64,000 nucleotides of DNA from an uncultured Candidatus Saccharibacteria bacterium (GCA_964650475.1 CAZYRK010000001.1:8356-72355), one strand, 5' to 3'; shown: positions 29,475 to 40,401, counted from the first letter of the stretch. The notes: generated by a model not told the origin, from the letters alone. Numbers and translations are program-made.

Positions 29475-32400
29475 TTATATAGAAGCTCTCGTCATAGGAC
29501 CGAACCAGCCGGTTGCAGGAAGTCCTTTGCTTTTCTGGTAGCGCACAAGAGCACGATATGTTTTCCGCCCGAAATAAGTAGTCTCATGACCAGGCGCTCC
29601 GTACCCGGTATCGGAAACGAGATACCCATGCGAATTCAAAAATGTTTGAAGTTTTTTCACACGTGCGCCAACATCGCCAAGATTAAGGTTTCTCATGAAT
29701 TTATAAACTGGAATATCGATAGACTGTGTTTTCCCAAGAGTACTCTCAACTTTTTTAATAATGTCAGCGTCGACCCCAAATGATTTTAATATTGAGATGA
29801 TTGCGGATACTTGTGCGTTTGTGAGTGTTGGTTTTGGTGTTGCTGTTTTTTGTTTAGTACTGGGTCGCGTATGCGCCACCTTTCCGAGCATTTCTGTGCC
29901 TGAGTCTATAAGAGCAGAAGTCGATGTAGCTGTTTTCTTTATTGTACTTACAGGTGTTATATCCCCGCAAGGAATATTAAAGTTTTTTTTATCCGAAGAT
30001 GTTGTATTCCCATTATTATCCACTGCCATGACACTCCACTCGTGCGACTCGTTGCACTTGTATGTGGTTGGAACAGATACTGATGTGGAAGTTGGCGGTA
30101 TATTATCCGATGCAATTGCTCCGTCAACATAAAGCCGGTATTTTGCGATACCTATGTCAGATGAAGATTTGTTCCATGAAAGCTTTGAGCTGTTTGAGAG
30201 TTTCGCTTTTGCTTCTCCAAGAAGATTGAAGGTGCTCGGTGCATCTGTATATTTATCAAGTGCGAAAGTATGGGTAGAATATCCTCCGATATATTTGAAA
30301 ATTATTTGCCCGCTTGAATCTGAAAGACATTCTCCGTTTGAGTTACAAGCTGAGCCTGTAACTGCGGTAGTGGAAGCTGTTCCATCTATTTTAAATTGAT
30401 AATATGTGTTTGGCATTAAATCTCCCACAGTATAAACAGTGCTTGTGGCATGGGTTTTAAACTCTCCCGTAGCGGAGGAAGCTGTCCACTCTTTGTTTTT
30501 GTTTCCTGTTGTGTTCCATTTATCAATAGTAATATCCATAAACTGAGTTGTTGTGGCAAGATACTTCCCTCCCACGGGAGTTACAGAGAAAGAAGCTTTT
30601 GCTGACGATGATGAAGCTGTTTTCATTCTGTATTTACCATCACCATATATTCTGATACTTCCTGTTGTCGGGATATTATTTGTTCCTATTGCGTATGGAG
30701 GTTGGTATTCGTACGCTCCGATATCAGGGGCACCGTATATTGGGTTACCTGCGAAGTCTTTAGTTCTATATGAGATGTATGTTCCAGCGTCAATATCCGG
30801 GCTGTTAGAACTTAATTTAAAATTATATTTTGCATAGTCATTAAAATAGGCGGTTGCAGCGATTGAGTGCAAATCTTTTCCAGAATCTAATCGCCAAGAA
30901 TTTAATTCATCGGATGCGTACGATTTATACGTTGGCGAATAAATGTCAATAAGAGTACCGCTTTTACTGTAATGATTATAGTCCAGATTTAGTTTCGAAA
31001 ACCAGTCAGTATCAGTGGTTCTAATTGCGCTCTCAGTAGAATCATAAGCAATGTTATTACGAATAAATATGTTTGTTAAAATAGCCGGATTAGACCAAAA
31101 TATGAATGCTCTTCCATTAACCCCATCAGGTCTTTGGTTATGCGCCCAGCCACCACCGCTTTTAATTATCGAGTTGTTTTCAAAATGAATATTATTAACA
31201 GTAGTATCCTCCGGTCTCTCCCAAAACGCAAGCCCGTATTCCGAATTCCAAATTATATTATTATAGATATATATATTATAAATATTGGATGTACTCGACC
31301 CTTGAGGAGTTACTGCATCATCATAAATTTGCCAAATCTTATTATTATAAATATCAATATCATGTCCTGCGTTCCAAAGTTGTACGGCATTACCATATCT
31401 AACAGTATGGATTCCGTCCATATATTGATCACCTCCTCCAATATATGAAAAATCGCAATTTTTTATAATCATATGGTCAGAATTATGCATGGATATTCCC
31501 AATGCTCCGCCCATGGATATTCCCAGACCAGTAAATATATTATATTTTTTGTTACTAGCTTCAATATTCATATTTCTTAAAACCAAAGTTATATCATTGT
31601 GATAAAAATCTGCAGGGTTTTGAGTGGAATACATCTCTAGAGCATGGTTATTTAAGTCATACCAATAATCTCCTTGAGCAGTAAGATCATTTTCTTTCCA
31701 TACTTTTACCCCAAAGATACTTTTGTTTTCCATAATTATATTTCCAACATCTGAATCCAAAAAACCGCCACTGACACTAACTTCTTTAAAACTCATATCG
31801 TCTAAATACACTACGGAATTATTAGGTATAAGCCCGAGTGAAAAATTTATTCGAGCGTCAGATACAGTCTTACTAGCTTTAAAATAAATTGTATATTTTT
31901 TCCAACTGGTCGTTATGGTATGTACTCTTACCGGTGCATTAGAATAGTAGAGAGTGTATGGTGGCGATTCTTTAAACAGACTTATTGTTGCACTAAATTC
32001 GTTATCTGATTTTGCATAAAAAGAAAACTTGTAATATTTTCCACTTTCAATAGAGAGGTGGGTGGTTCCAAATTGAATATCGTTTGATGAGGCACTGCTT
32101 GTACTGACAGTTAGTTTATACCCTGCCGGAGCAGAATAAAACTCACCAGAAGTGGTCGTTCTTTCTGCAGAGCCTGTGACACCTGCGCCTAAATTTAAAT
32201 AAGTAAACCAATTAGATAAGTCTGTATCAAAACTAGGGTTTAAAAGCTTCTCTGAGCCTTCAGTAATCCCTGCATTATCACTATTCACCCAAATATTGCC
32301 GGTTTTGTTTTCCCAATCACTAGTTTTATTTCTTGTAACAGCAGTTGTCAATACGGGTTTTGACCCAGTTCCATACGCTCCGTAAGTGATATAACCATCA

Positions 32401-32726
32401 GATGAGCCACTTGCTACAATTAAAGTGTTGCTGTTATTACCTTCCCAAATATCGCCTCTCTTAAATAAGACCTCGTCTCCGGGGTTAAGGGTGGCGTCAT
32501 TTACTTTTGAAATAGTTTTCCACGGAGCACTGATTGAAGTTCCGTTGTTTGTATCACTTCCGTTTACTGAGTCCACATAATATGTAGCGGCACTTACGCT
32601 TTGGGGAATGATTAAAATAAACAGGATAAAAAACACACTTAGCATAAGCATGCTTTTGGAAAACAGTCTGTCGTGACCAAATTTTAAACCATAATACTTT
32701 AACAAACCGCTTTTAATTTTCTCCAT
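29475..32726 (-). CDS. Large surface protein: beta-helix + CBM4/9-like insert + Fn3-like + C-terminal peptidoglycan-binding domain
   Basis: Signal peptide; YYVDSVNGSDTNNG..PWKT, NPSFD, Asn-rich NN repeats, PDIGAYEY, VKKLQTFLN...YFGRKT..AL..YQ...TGWFGPMT. Confidence 0.75.
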   Translation of the reverse strand: MEKIKSGLLKYYGLKFGHDRLFSKSMLMLSVFFILFILIIPQSVSAATYYVDSVNGSDTNNGTSISAPWKTISKVNDATLNPGDEVLFKRGDIWEGNNSNTLIVASGSSDGYITYGAYGTGSKPVLTTAVTRNKTSDWENKTGNIWVNSDNAGITEGSEKLLNPSFDTDLSNWFTYLNLGAGVTGSAERTTTSGEFYSAPAGYKLTVSTSSASSNDIQFGTTHLSIESGKYYKFSFYAKSDNEFSATISLFKESPPYTLYYSNAPVRVHTITTSWKKYTIYFKASKTVSDARINFSLGLIPNNSVVYLDDMSFKEVSVSGGFLDSDVGNIIMENKSIFGVKVWKENDLTAQGDYWYDLNNHALEMYSTQNPADFYHNDITLVLRNMNIEASNKKYNIFTGLGISMGGALGISMHNSDHMIIKNCDFSYIGGGDQYMDGIHTVRYGNAVQLWNAGHDIDIYNNKIWQIYDDAVTPQGSSTSNIYNIYIYNNIIWNSEYGLAFWERPEDTTVNNIHFENNSIIKSGGGWAHNQRPDGVNGRAFIFWSNPAILTNIFIRNNIAYDSTESAIRTTDTDWFSKLNLDYNHYSKSGTLIDIYSPTYKSYASDELNSWRLDSGKDLHSIAATAYFNDYAKYNFKLSSNSPDIDAGTYISYRTKDFAGNPIYGAPDIGAYEYQPPYAIGTNNIPTTGSIRIYGDGKYRMKTASSSSAKASFSVTPVGGKYLATTTQFMDITIDKWNTTGNKNKEWTASSATGEFKTHATSTVYTVGDLMPNTYYQFKIDGTASTTAVTGSACNSNGECLSDSSGQIIFKYIGGYSTHTFALDKYTDAPSTFNLLGEAKAKLSNSSKLSWNKSSSDIGIAKYRLYVDGAIASDNIPPTSTSVSVPTTYKCNESHEWSVMAVDNNGNTTSSDKKNFNIPCGDITPVSTIKKTATSTSALIDSGTEMLGKVAHTRPSTKQKTATPKPTLTNAQVSAIISILKSFGVDADIIKKVESTLGKTQSIDIPVYKFMRNLNLGDVGARVKKLQTFLNSHGYLVSDTGYGAPGHETTYFGRKTYRALVRYQKSKGLPATGWFGPMTRASI

Positions 32727-32834
32727 TTTTAAATAATTTCTTCTGCGTTTCTAATGTACTTATTGTACTACATACAAAAAAACGTGTTTCTTGTGTGTAG
32801 CCACGACGCATTACTTTTTTACAGCTTCAATTAT

Positions 32835-33848
32835 TTAAGATTTTGGCTCTATTGTGTTTTGTGGTGTGCCTTTGGCGAAAGCTGTAAGGTTTTCCGCAGA
32901 CGTGTCGAGAATACGCTCGACAGCTTCCTGCGAATTAAATGCGATGTGCGCGGTGACGATAACACGCGGATGATCTATAAGATAATGGTTTGCAAGAGTT
33001 GTCTTTAGTTCTTCTTCGCGCGGATGCGGAAGCGAGAAAAGCCTTGCTTCGTCTTGCATGTCTCCCTCTTCTTCAAGAACATCGAGCCCCGCTCCCGCAA
33101 GCACATTTTCTTGAAGTGCGGTAACAAGTGCCTCTGTTTCAACCACCGCTCCGCGAGCCGTGTTTATAAGATACGCTCCTTTTTTAAACTCGTGGATATT
33201 GTCTTTATTAATCAGGTGATGCGTTTGCGGATTGTACGGAACATGTAGCGTTACTATGTCAGATTTATTCAATAGTTCATTAAGAGATACATATGTAAAA
33301 CCGAGTTCTTTGTCTAGCCCCTCTTTCGGAAAAGCGTCAAACGCGATTACATTCATAGCAAACCCTTTTGCCATTTGTATCGCGTGCACACCGATATGCC
33401 CCGTGCCAACAACACCAATAGTCTTTCCTGAAAGATCAAAACCGCGCAGACCTTCCTGCGAAAAAGACCCTGTATTACTGACACGCTTATACGCATCATA
33501 GATACGGCGCGAAAGAGCAAGGATAAGTGCGAAAGCAAACTCTGCGACAGTATTTACCCCGTAAGAAGGTACGGTACAGACAAGTATCCCGCGTTTTTTT
33601 GCTTCAACAAGATCGATATGGTCAAAACCGGTCGAGCGCGTGGCGATAATTTTCAAATTTGGGAACTTGTCGAGCTCTTTAGCTCCGATATGCGTTGTTA
33701 TAAATATAGACAGCGCTTCGGCATCAGCATCGCCTTCCAGTTCCCCGTCTTTTGAAATAAGAAACTCGGTCTCATAACCGGCTTCGGACAGCCTTTCTTC
33801 TAGGTACTCCTGTTCCCACTCTTCCTCTGCAATGTATACAAGTTTCAT
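32835..33848 (-). CDS. D-2-hydroxyacid dehydrogenase (D-lactate dehydrogenase-like)
   Basis: RSTGFDHID, GVVGTGHIG, INTARG, LDVLEEE, AHIAF. Confidence 0.9.
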   Translation of the reverse strand: MKLVYIAEEEWEQEYLEERLSEAGYETEFLISKDGELEGDADAEALSIFITTHIGAKELDKFPNLKIIATRSTGFDHIDLVEAKKRGILVCTVPSYGVNTVAEFAFALILALSRRIYDAYKRVSNTGSFSQEGLRGFDLSGKTIGVVGTGHIGVHAIQMAKGFAMNVIAFDAFPKEGLDKELGFTYVSLNELLNKSDIVTLHVPYNPQTHHLINKDNIHEFKKGAYLINTARGAVVETEALVTALQENVLAGAGLDVLEEEGDMQDEARLFSLPHPREEELKTTLANHYLIDHPRVIVTAHIAFNSQEAVERILDTSAENLTAFAKGTPQNTIEPKS

Positions 33849-33857
33849 ATTACGATT

Positions 33858-35057
33858 TTAATTAAGTTCTGTTTCTATTTCTTGCAATCGTTCATATTTT
33901 CTGCGACGTTGCATCTGCCCAAACCCGCCGGCTTTTATACCGTGAGACCCCATTCCATAAGCAAAATCCGCTATGAAAGTGTCTTCTGTCTCGCCTGAAC
34001 GGTGCGAGCAGACTGTAGCCCACCCTGCGGAATGCGTTTTCAAAACAGCTTTTGCCGCTTCAGATACCGTACCTATTTGATTTGGTTTTATAAGCACTGC
34101 ATTTATCGAGTGCTTTGATATAGCGTCCTCAATGCGCTCTGTGTCGGTAACGATTAAATCATCACCTATTACAAGTACCTTGTCTCCAAGTGCCGCTGTG
34201 ATAGAAACAAATCCATCAACATCATCTTCAGCGAAAGGGTCTTCTATCGCATGAAATGGAAACTTGCTAACTAGAGTTTCGTATAGTTCCTGTAGTTCGG
34301 ACGGTGTGTACTTTTTGCCGAGCAATTTGTATGCATCTGTTCCGTCTCGCAATCCGTTTGCGGCAGCATCGATAGCTATCGAAGTGTTTGGATGAGCGCT
34401 AACAAGCTCGGAAAGTATCTCGAAAGGTCTTTCTATCGCTTCAAACTTTGGCGAATATCCACCTTCGTCTCCCATCGGGAGCTCGTTTGTTTCTTTGCGC
34501 AACATTTCACCGAGTGTTGCAAAAGCACTTTCTGCCGTTTTTACAGACTCTGTTACAGTTTTCTCACCCACTACAAACAAATACTCTTGTATCGGTAAAC
34601 GGAAATCTGCGTGTTCCCCACCGTTCATTACGTTTACAAACAAATGAGGGGCAGAAGGTGTGGTGCCGTAGGTATCTGCAAGATACCTCCACAAAGGAAC
34701 ACCTGCCTCTTGCGCGAAAAGTCGCGATGCAGCGATGGAGACAGAGAGGATTGCGTTTGCTCCAAGACGCGACTTGTCCGGAGTTCCGTCTAAGTCAATG
34801 AGGAAGTCATCGATTTCTTTCGTTGAAGCAAAATCTTTTTCTGAAAGTGAGAAAAAAATCTCTCCCTCAAGCGAGGCACACACACCGGAAACCCCGCCAT
34901 CTGCATCACGAAGTTCTTTTGCTTCATGTGAGCCCGTACTTTTTCCGGAAGGAACCGACGCAATCGCCTCAAGAGAATCTGTACGAAGAGTAGTCTCAAC
35001 TGTCTCGCGCCCTCGGCTATCTAAAATAGCTCGCGCATGTATTTCTTTTATTCTCAT
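33858..35057 (-). CDS. eno: Enolase
   Basis: ILDSRG, PSGKSTG, GDEGG, KPNQIGT, SHRSGETED; start MRIKE (35057). Confidence 0.95.
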   Translation of the reverse strand: MRIKEIHARAILDSRGRETVETTLRTDSLEAIASVPSGKSTGSHEAKELRDADGGVSGVCASLEGEIFFSLSEKDFASTKEIDDFLIDLDGTPDKSRLGANAILSVSIAASRLFAQEAGVPLWRYLADTYGTTPSAPHLFVNVMNGGEHADFRLPIQEYLFVVGEKTVTESVKTAESAFATLGEMLRKETNELPMGDEGGYSPKFEAIERPFEILSELVSAHPNTSIAIDAAANGLRDGTDAYKLLGKKYTPSELQELYETLVSKFPFHAIEDPFAEDDVDGFVSITAALGDKVLVIGDDLIVTDTERIEDAISKHSINAVLIKPNQIGTVSEAAKAVLKTHSAGWATVCSHRSGETEDTFIADFAYGMGSHGIKAGGFGQMQRRRKYERLQEIETELN

Positions 35058-35058
35058 A

Positions 35059-37512
35059 TTACTCTTTTGTACTTTCAGAAGGCTTTTTACCAGAACCTCT
35101 GCCAAGCTCCTCTTCAAGCTTTGCTACGTTTATCATTGTTTTTACAACAACGTCCGAGTTAAGCGACATACTTTCAATCCCGTTCTCAACCAAGAAAGAT
35201 GCGAAGTCCGGAAGGTCTGAAGGTCCTTGTCCGCAAATTCCGATATATTTTCCGCGTTCCTTTGCTTTGGCGATTATTGTCTCAATAAATTTACGTACTG
35301 CCGGATTGTTCTCATTTCCAACAGCGCTTACGATACCAGAGTCTCTATCCAAACCGAGCGTAAGCTGTGTAAGGTCGTTACTTCCGATGGACATTCCATC
35401 GAAGCGGTCGAAGAAATCATCTGCAAGCAATACGTTGCTTGGAATCTCACACATCATATACACAGGCGTAGCTTGTTCTCCTGGGCGAGCATACGATGTC
35501 GGCACGATACCGTGAGCAGACATAATCTTAAGAACCTTATCTGCCTCTTCTGTTGTACGGCAGAAAGGAATCATCGGAATAACATTGTTTAGTCCCATTG
35601 TCTCACGCACTATTTTTAGCGCTTCAACTTCCAGCACAAAAGCTTTCTCAAATTTCGGATCGTAATAACGCGATGCTCCACGCCAACCAATCATCGGGTT
35701 CGACTCCGTCGGTTCATAATCCGCTCCACCCAAAAGTGTGCTGTATTCGTTTGATTTGAAATCTGAAAAACGAACAATCACAGGGCGCGGATAAAACGCA
35801 GCTCCGATACGCGCAATTCCGTAAGACAGTTTGTCGCGATAAAAAGCAACAGGATCTTTCCACCCGACCATTTTCTTTGCAATAGCAAGCCTTAAGGCGT
35901 TTGAAAGCGACTTAAAATCAATAAGTGCCATCGGGTGCACTCCTATATGCGAAGCAATAATAAACTCTTCACGAGCAAGCCCGACACCTTCTACCGGCAA
36001 AAACGAGTGGTCGAAAGCCATGTCCGGTGTCGCAACATTTACCATTATTTTTGTGTCCGGTGTAGGGATTTTCGTAACATCATGTTCATGGATAGCAAAA
36101 TCTGCTTTCCCAGAATACACAGTACCCTCACTACCTATTGTGTCGGCTGTAACAATATCGCCAGTCTTAATAAGGTGTGTTGCACGTTCTGTGCCGACAA
36201 TAGCCGGTACGCCAAGCTCGCGCGAAACAATAGCGGCGTGCGAAGTACGACCTCCGCGATCGGTAATAATGGCAGATGCCATACGCATAATCGGTTCCCA
36301 GTCCGGGTCTGTCATGCTTGTAACAAGCACTTCTCCTTTTTTGAAGGTCGGTATTTTTTTAAGATCGAGAATAACGTGTGCCGGTCCAGTTGCAATGCTT
36401 GAACCCACCGAGATACCTTTTATTATTTCTTTACCATGCGACTTCATTTCAAACTCCTTGAGTTTTGTCATATCGCGCGTAGACTGCACTGTTTCCGGAC
36501 GCGCCTGCACCAGATAAAGCTCGTTTGTGTCGCCATCTTTAGCCCACTCCATATCCATTGGAGACCACTTTCCTGCACGGTCAGAATAATGCTTTTCCAC
36601 AATCATTCCCCACTCTGCAAGAGTGCGAATCTCATCATCGGAAAGAACAAAAGTATGCTGTTCCTCGTGTGTTGCGGAAATAACTTTCGTTTCTTGAATT
36701 CCGGACATCTTTCTGCCTCCGTAAATCATCTTTTTCTTTTTAACACCAGCTTTCTTTTCGATAATAGGGTTCGGTGCGGTATTTAGAGTTTCTTTGAATA
36801 CAAGGTACTCGTCCGGAATAACATGCCCCTGCACAATCATCTCGCCAAGCCCCCATGTCGCGTTAATGACAACGACATTACGAAAACCGGATTCCGTATC
36901 AACAGTAAACATAACGCCAGAAGCGCCCTTATCGCTTCTTACCATTTTTTGTACACCTGCAGAAAGAGCGACCTTCATATGCCCGTACCCTTTATCTATA
37001 CGGTACGAAATTGCGCGGTTCGTAAAGAGAGACGCCATTGTCCACTTAACAGCTTTCAAAACATCTTTTTTTCCACGAATACCCAAATAACTTTCTTGCT
37101 GACCTGCAAAAGACGCCCCTGGCAAGTCCTCTGCGGTTGCACTGGAGCGAACAGCCACATCGGTATTTTTTCCATACCGTTCTTCCATTTGTACATACGC
37201 TGCAAAAATCTCATCTGCAAGATCTTTAGGAAATTTTGTACGATAAATAGCGTTGCGTACCTTCTTTCCGCGCCGTGCCAAGTCCGCGAGGTTTTCTTTA
37301 TTGACACCATCGAGCGTTTTCTCAATAAAAGCATCAAGTCCTGTTTGCTGTAAAAAATAACGGTAAGCGGATGCTGTCGTAACAAAACCCGAAGGAATTC
37401 GTATACCTTTGTCGGTAAGATTGCGTATCATTTCACCAAGAGATGCGTTTTTACCACCGACTTCCGGAACATCATCCATGTTAATGTCTTCCATCCAAAG
37501 AATATGTGCCAT
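35059..37512 (-). CDS. ppsA: Phosphoenolpyruvate synthase (pyruvate, water dikinase)
   Basis: VGGKNASLGEM, VRSSATAEDL, GGRTSHAAIVSRELG, SIGSNDLTQ, GICGQ. Confidence 0.96.
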   Translation of the reverse strand: MAHILWMEDINMDDVPEVGGKNASLGEMIRNLTDKGIRIPSGFVTTASAYRYFLQQTGLDAFIEKTLDGVNKENLADLARRGKKVRNAIYRTKFPKDLADEIFAAYVQMEERYGKNTDVAVRSSATAEDLPGASFAGQQESYLGIRGKKDVLKAVKWTMASLFTNRAISYRIDKGYGHMKVALSAGVQKMVRSDKGASGVMFTVDTESGFRNVVVINATWGLGEMIVQGHVIPDEYLVFKETLNTAPNPIIEKKAGVKKKKMIYGGRKMSGIQETKVISATHEEQHTFVLSDDEIRTLAEWGMIVEKHYSDRAGKWSPMDMEWAKDGDTNELYLVQARPETVQSTRDMTKLKEFEMKSHGKEIIKGISVGSSIATGPAHVILDLKKIPTFKKGEVLVTSMTDPDWEPIMRMASAIITDRGGRTSHAAIVSRELGVPAIVGTERATHLIKTGDIVTADTIGSEGTVYSGKADFAIHEHDVTKIPTPDTKIMVNVATPDMAFDHSFLPVEGVGLAREEFIIASHIGVHPMALIDFKSLSNALRLAIAKKMVGWKDPVAFYRDKLSYGIARIGAAFYPRPVIVRFSDFKSNEYSTLLGGADYEPTESNPMIGWRGASRYYDPKFEKAFVLEVEALKIVRETMGLNNVIPMIPFCRTTEEADKVLKIMSAHGIVPTSYARPGEQATPVYMMCEIPSNVLLADDFFDRFDGMSIGSNDLTQLTLGLDRDSGIVSAVGNENNPAVRKFIETIIAKAKERGKYIGICGQGPSDLPDFASFLVENGIESMSLNSDVVVKTMINVAKLEEELGRGSGKKPSESTKE

Positions 37513-37527
37513 ATGTAATTTAATGTG

Positions 37528-38835
37528 TTATGTAATGCGAGCTTTAAGCGCAATTATAAGATCCGAGACGTTTGAACCGGTGTATCCGGTTATAAGAGCA
37601 TCTGCGGTTGCGGTGAAAAAATCATAAGAACTGTGTGATGCGAGATATTCACCAATATCAAGTGCGCGCTCTTCTGCGTGCGCTCTTGTAATATTATCAC
37701 ACAGTGCCCCTGCAAAATCCGTATCGTCGTGTCCATCTGAGGAAAACGGTATTATGATTTCGTCATCGTGAATACGCGCGAGTGCGGAAAGCGCAAGCTC
37801 CTGAGAGCGCCCGCCCTTGCCTGCGTTTTCATTGAGAGTAACGGTAGACTCGCCACCGTAAAGCAGAACAGTGCCCGGCTCCGCTTTGGAGAGTTCGTTT
37901 AAAACATCTTGTGCCACATCGCGCGCTTCACCGGAAAAGCGGTCGGTTACGATACGTGGTTTATACCCTTTTTCTTTAGCGGTTTCCGCCATAGCCTGAA
38001 GAGCCAAGACATTTGTAACAAGAAGCTCATTGTGTACCCGAGCAAAAAACTTTTCGTCTTTAGGGGTCGGAAGCAAAGCGACACCACTAAGCGCACGCAC
38101 GTTATACTTTTCGATAATCGCGCGCGCATCGTCTACGGTTGTTTCATCTTTTACAGTAGGTCCGGATGAAATAAATGAAATATCATTTCCCGGCACATCG
38201 GAAAAAATAAGACTCACTACACGCGCCGGGTACGCCACTTCCGCAAGCTTACCTCCGCGTGCTTTAGAAAGATGCTTACGCACTGTATTCATTTCTTGTA
38301 TTGTCGCACCAACATCGGTGAGCTCTTCAAAAACAGCAACTTCTGTTGCAACGGTTACAGGTTCTTCCGGCAAACACAAAAGAGTTGAGCCTCCTCCGGA
38401 AACAAGCACGATAACGATGTCGTCTTCTTTTAGTAAGTGCAACGTGTCGACTAGTTGCGATGTTGCTTCAACATTTTTTTCTGACGGTTTCGGATGGCTT
38501 CCTAAAAAACTTTTTATTTTCTTAAGTGGCAAACGATGGTTTGTATCCGCCACATCAATAATGGTGCCGCCGGCAATCCTGTCTCCCAAGATTTCTTCCA
38601 GAGCCGACCCTGCGACAACCGAACATTTTCCGGCTCCAACAACCCATATCTTTTGGTCTTTTTTAAGATTGTATGTATTTCCGACGACTGTAAGAGTGTC
38701 GCCACTAAGATTCACCGCCTTTATCAAAGCTGTACGCGTGTCGATTGCGGAGTATCCGGCTTCAACAATTTCAAGAGCATCGCGCCTCTTTTGCGTCTCG
38801 CCAAGAGATTCGGAGTTCTTAATAATCGCTGTCAT
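37528..38835 (-). CDS. Glycerate 2-kinase (MOFRL family)
   Basis: GAGK, HPKP, SGGGS, SDVPG, SGPT, GGES, GKGGR, TGSNVSD. Confidence 0.9.
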   Translation of the reverse strand: MTAIIKNSESLGETQKRRDALEIVEAGYSAIDTRTALIKAVNLSGDTLTVVGNTYNLKKDQKIWVVGAGKCSVVAGSALEEILGDRIAGGTIIDVADTNHRLPLKKIKSFLGSHPKPSEKNVEATSQLVDTLHLLKEDDIVIVLVSGGGSTLLCLPEEPVTVATEVAVFEELTDVGATIQEMNTVRKHLSKARGGKLAEVAYPARVVSLIFSDVPGNDISFISSGPTVKDETTVDDARAIIEKYNVRALSGVALLPTPKDEKFFARVHNELLVTNVLALQAMAETAKEKGYKPRIVTDRFSGEARDVAQDVLNELSKAEPGTVLLYGGESTVTLNENAGKGGRSQELALSALARIHDDEIIIPFSSDGHDDTDFAGALCDNITRAHAEERALDIGEYLASHSSYDFFTATADALITGYTGSNVSDLIIALKARIT

Positions 38836-38909
38836 TATATTCAATGATAACAGATGATTTTAAAAAATAATGTAAAACTGGGCGCACCTGTCGAAAAACC
38901 GATTTTTAA

Positions 38910-39668
38910 TTAAAAAGACTCAGAGTCTTTGACTGTCTCGCGTATGTCTTTATGTGACTTTGTAAGAGGCTTACCAAAAAGATTCGTATAAATAAAATTT
39001 ATCGCGTAGCGAGCTCCGGTAGTAAGTACGCCTTCACTGGAAAGGCGCCGCCCTGAAGTGTACATCGGTAGCGCAAAAGTCCATTTCACTTTTCCGACCT
39101 TGTTCAAACGACGTGCCACATCCGTGTCTTCGCCATAAAACTCGATAGTTGTATCAAAACCACCAACTATCTCAAAAGATGAGCGTCTTATTATAAAATT
39201 TCCTCCTTGAAGCATTGCTCCTTTTCTAAACATTTTTAGAAAAAGCTGTGTGATATATCCAAAAAAATAGAAAACCTTCACATACGCGCGCCTTAATATG
39301 GAAAGATCATAATAAATGAACGGACCACTTAAAGCCACAAGTTTTTCATCGCGCTCAAACTCACGGAGCACAGTCTCCAGCCAACCGCCTGGAAGCACTG
39401 TATCTGAATCAATATTTAAAATAAGCTCGCCGGTCGAAGCCTGCATGCCTGCATGACGAGCATGCACGAGTCCTTTTTTGGGTTCGTTTACAATTCGTAC
39501 CATTTCAAAATCGCCGGCGATTTTTGCGGTCGCGTCCGTACTTGCGTTGTTTACCACCACGACTTCGCAATCACACGGCGTGCGCGCGATTTCTTTTTCA
39601 ACCGAAGCAAGACACTTCGCTATGTATTTTTCTTCATTGTATGCCGGTATTACAAAACTGATATGCAT
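38910..39668 (-). CDS. Glycosyltransferase family 2
   Basis: VIPAYNEE, DSD, GGFD, GED, TSGRR. Confidence 0.9.
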   Translation of the reverse strand: MHISFVIPAYNEEKYIAKCLASVEKEIARTPCDCEVVVVNNASTDATAKIAGDFEMVRIVNEPKKGLVHARHAGMQASTGELILNIDSDTVLPGGWLETVLREFERDEKLVALSGPFIYYDLSILRRAYVKVFYFFGYITQLFLKMFRKGAMLQGGNFIIRRSSFEIVGGFDTTIEFYGEDTDVARRLNKVGKVKWTFALPMYTSGRRLSSEGVLTTGARYAINFIYTNLFGKPLTKSHKDIRETVKDSESF

Positions 39669-39699
39669 AAGTTATATAATAAACAAGATAGCAAAAAGA

Positions 39700-39743
39700 A
39701 AAAGCCCGGCAAGCAAAGCGAAAGCTTTACTTGCCGGGCTTTT
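39700..39743. terminator. Intrinsic terminator
   Basis: AAAAGCCCGGCAAG...CTTGCCGGGCTTTT. Confidence 0.75.
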
Positions 39744-39762
39744 GACGCCACCGGTTAAGAAA

Positions 39763-40401
39763 TCAATACAAATACAAACCGGCAGACACCCAAATAGCAA
39801 TCCCCAGCATATAGAAAGACATTTTTTCTTGTACTCCAAAGCGCCATAATGGGCTAAATTTTGCCTGTCCGAAATATGCCCATAAGGTAAGCAAAACGGA
39901 GGTCATGAATATATCGTTATTTGACACAGGGATTGTAGTCAACCCTGTGTACGCCATAACGATAACCCATGTTGTGAAAGTGGCAAAAAGAATGTGTATG
40001 TACCCCGCCACGGTCACATACCCTCCGTGTGCATGTGCCTCGGGTATGTTCTTGCTTGCCGGAGCATAAACCAACACTGCGAGCAAAAACCACGCCCAGA
40101 AAAAGATCATGAATAATACGAGGCCTCCAAACTGCATGTATTCGAAACTATACTTTTGCACAAGATACGCAACCAACGGACTTATGATGAACAAATCCGC
40201 CCACATACCTCCGTGCTGCATAAACGAATACCCTTTTACACCACGTTCCTCCATTTGTTTTTTTGTGGCGTATCCATCAATTCTGGACGCAACAAACTGC
40301 GCCAAAATTAAAAGAAGCTCCAGACCCAGCACTTCAAAGAAAATCGCATTTGCCTTGATTAATCCCCAAACGACAAAGAACATCTCATGTACATTAAACA
40401 T
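39763..40401 (-). CDS. Hypothetical polytopic membrane protein (SD-led)
   Basis: About 6 hydrophobic segments; HGGMWAD and EAHAHG motifs; GGGAGGAG SD; TTGACA-17-TATAGT promoter. Confidence 0.7.
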   Translation of the reverse strand: MFNVHEMFFVVWGLIKANAIFFEVLGLELLLILAQFVASRIDGYATKKQMEERGVKGYSFMQHGGMWADLFIISPLVAYLVQKYSFEYMQFGGLVLFMIFFWAWFLLAVLVYAPASKNIPEAHAHGGYVTVAGYIHILFATFTTWVIVMAYTGLTTIPVSNNDIFMTSVLLTLWAYFGQAKFSPLWRFGVQEKMSFYMLGIAIWVSAGLYLY

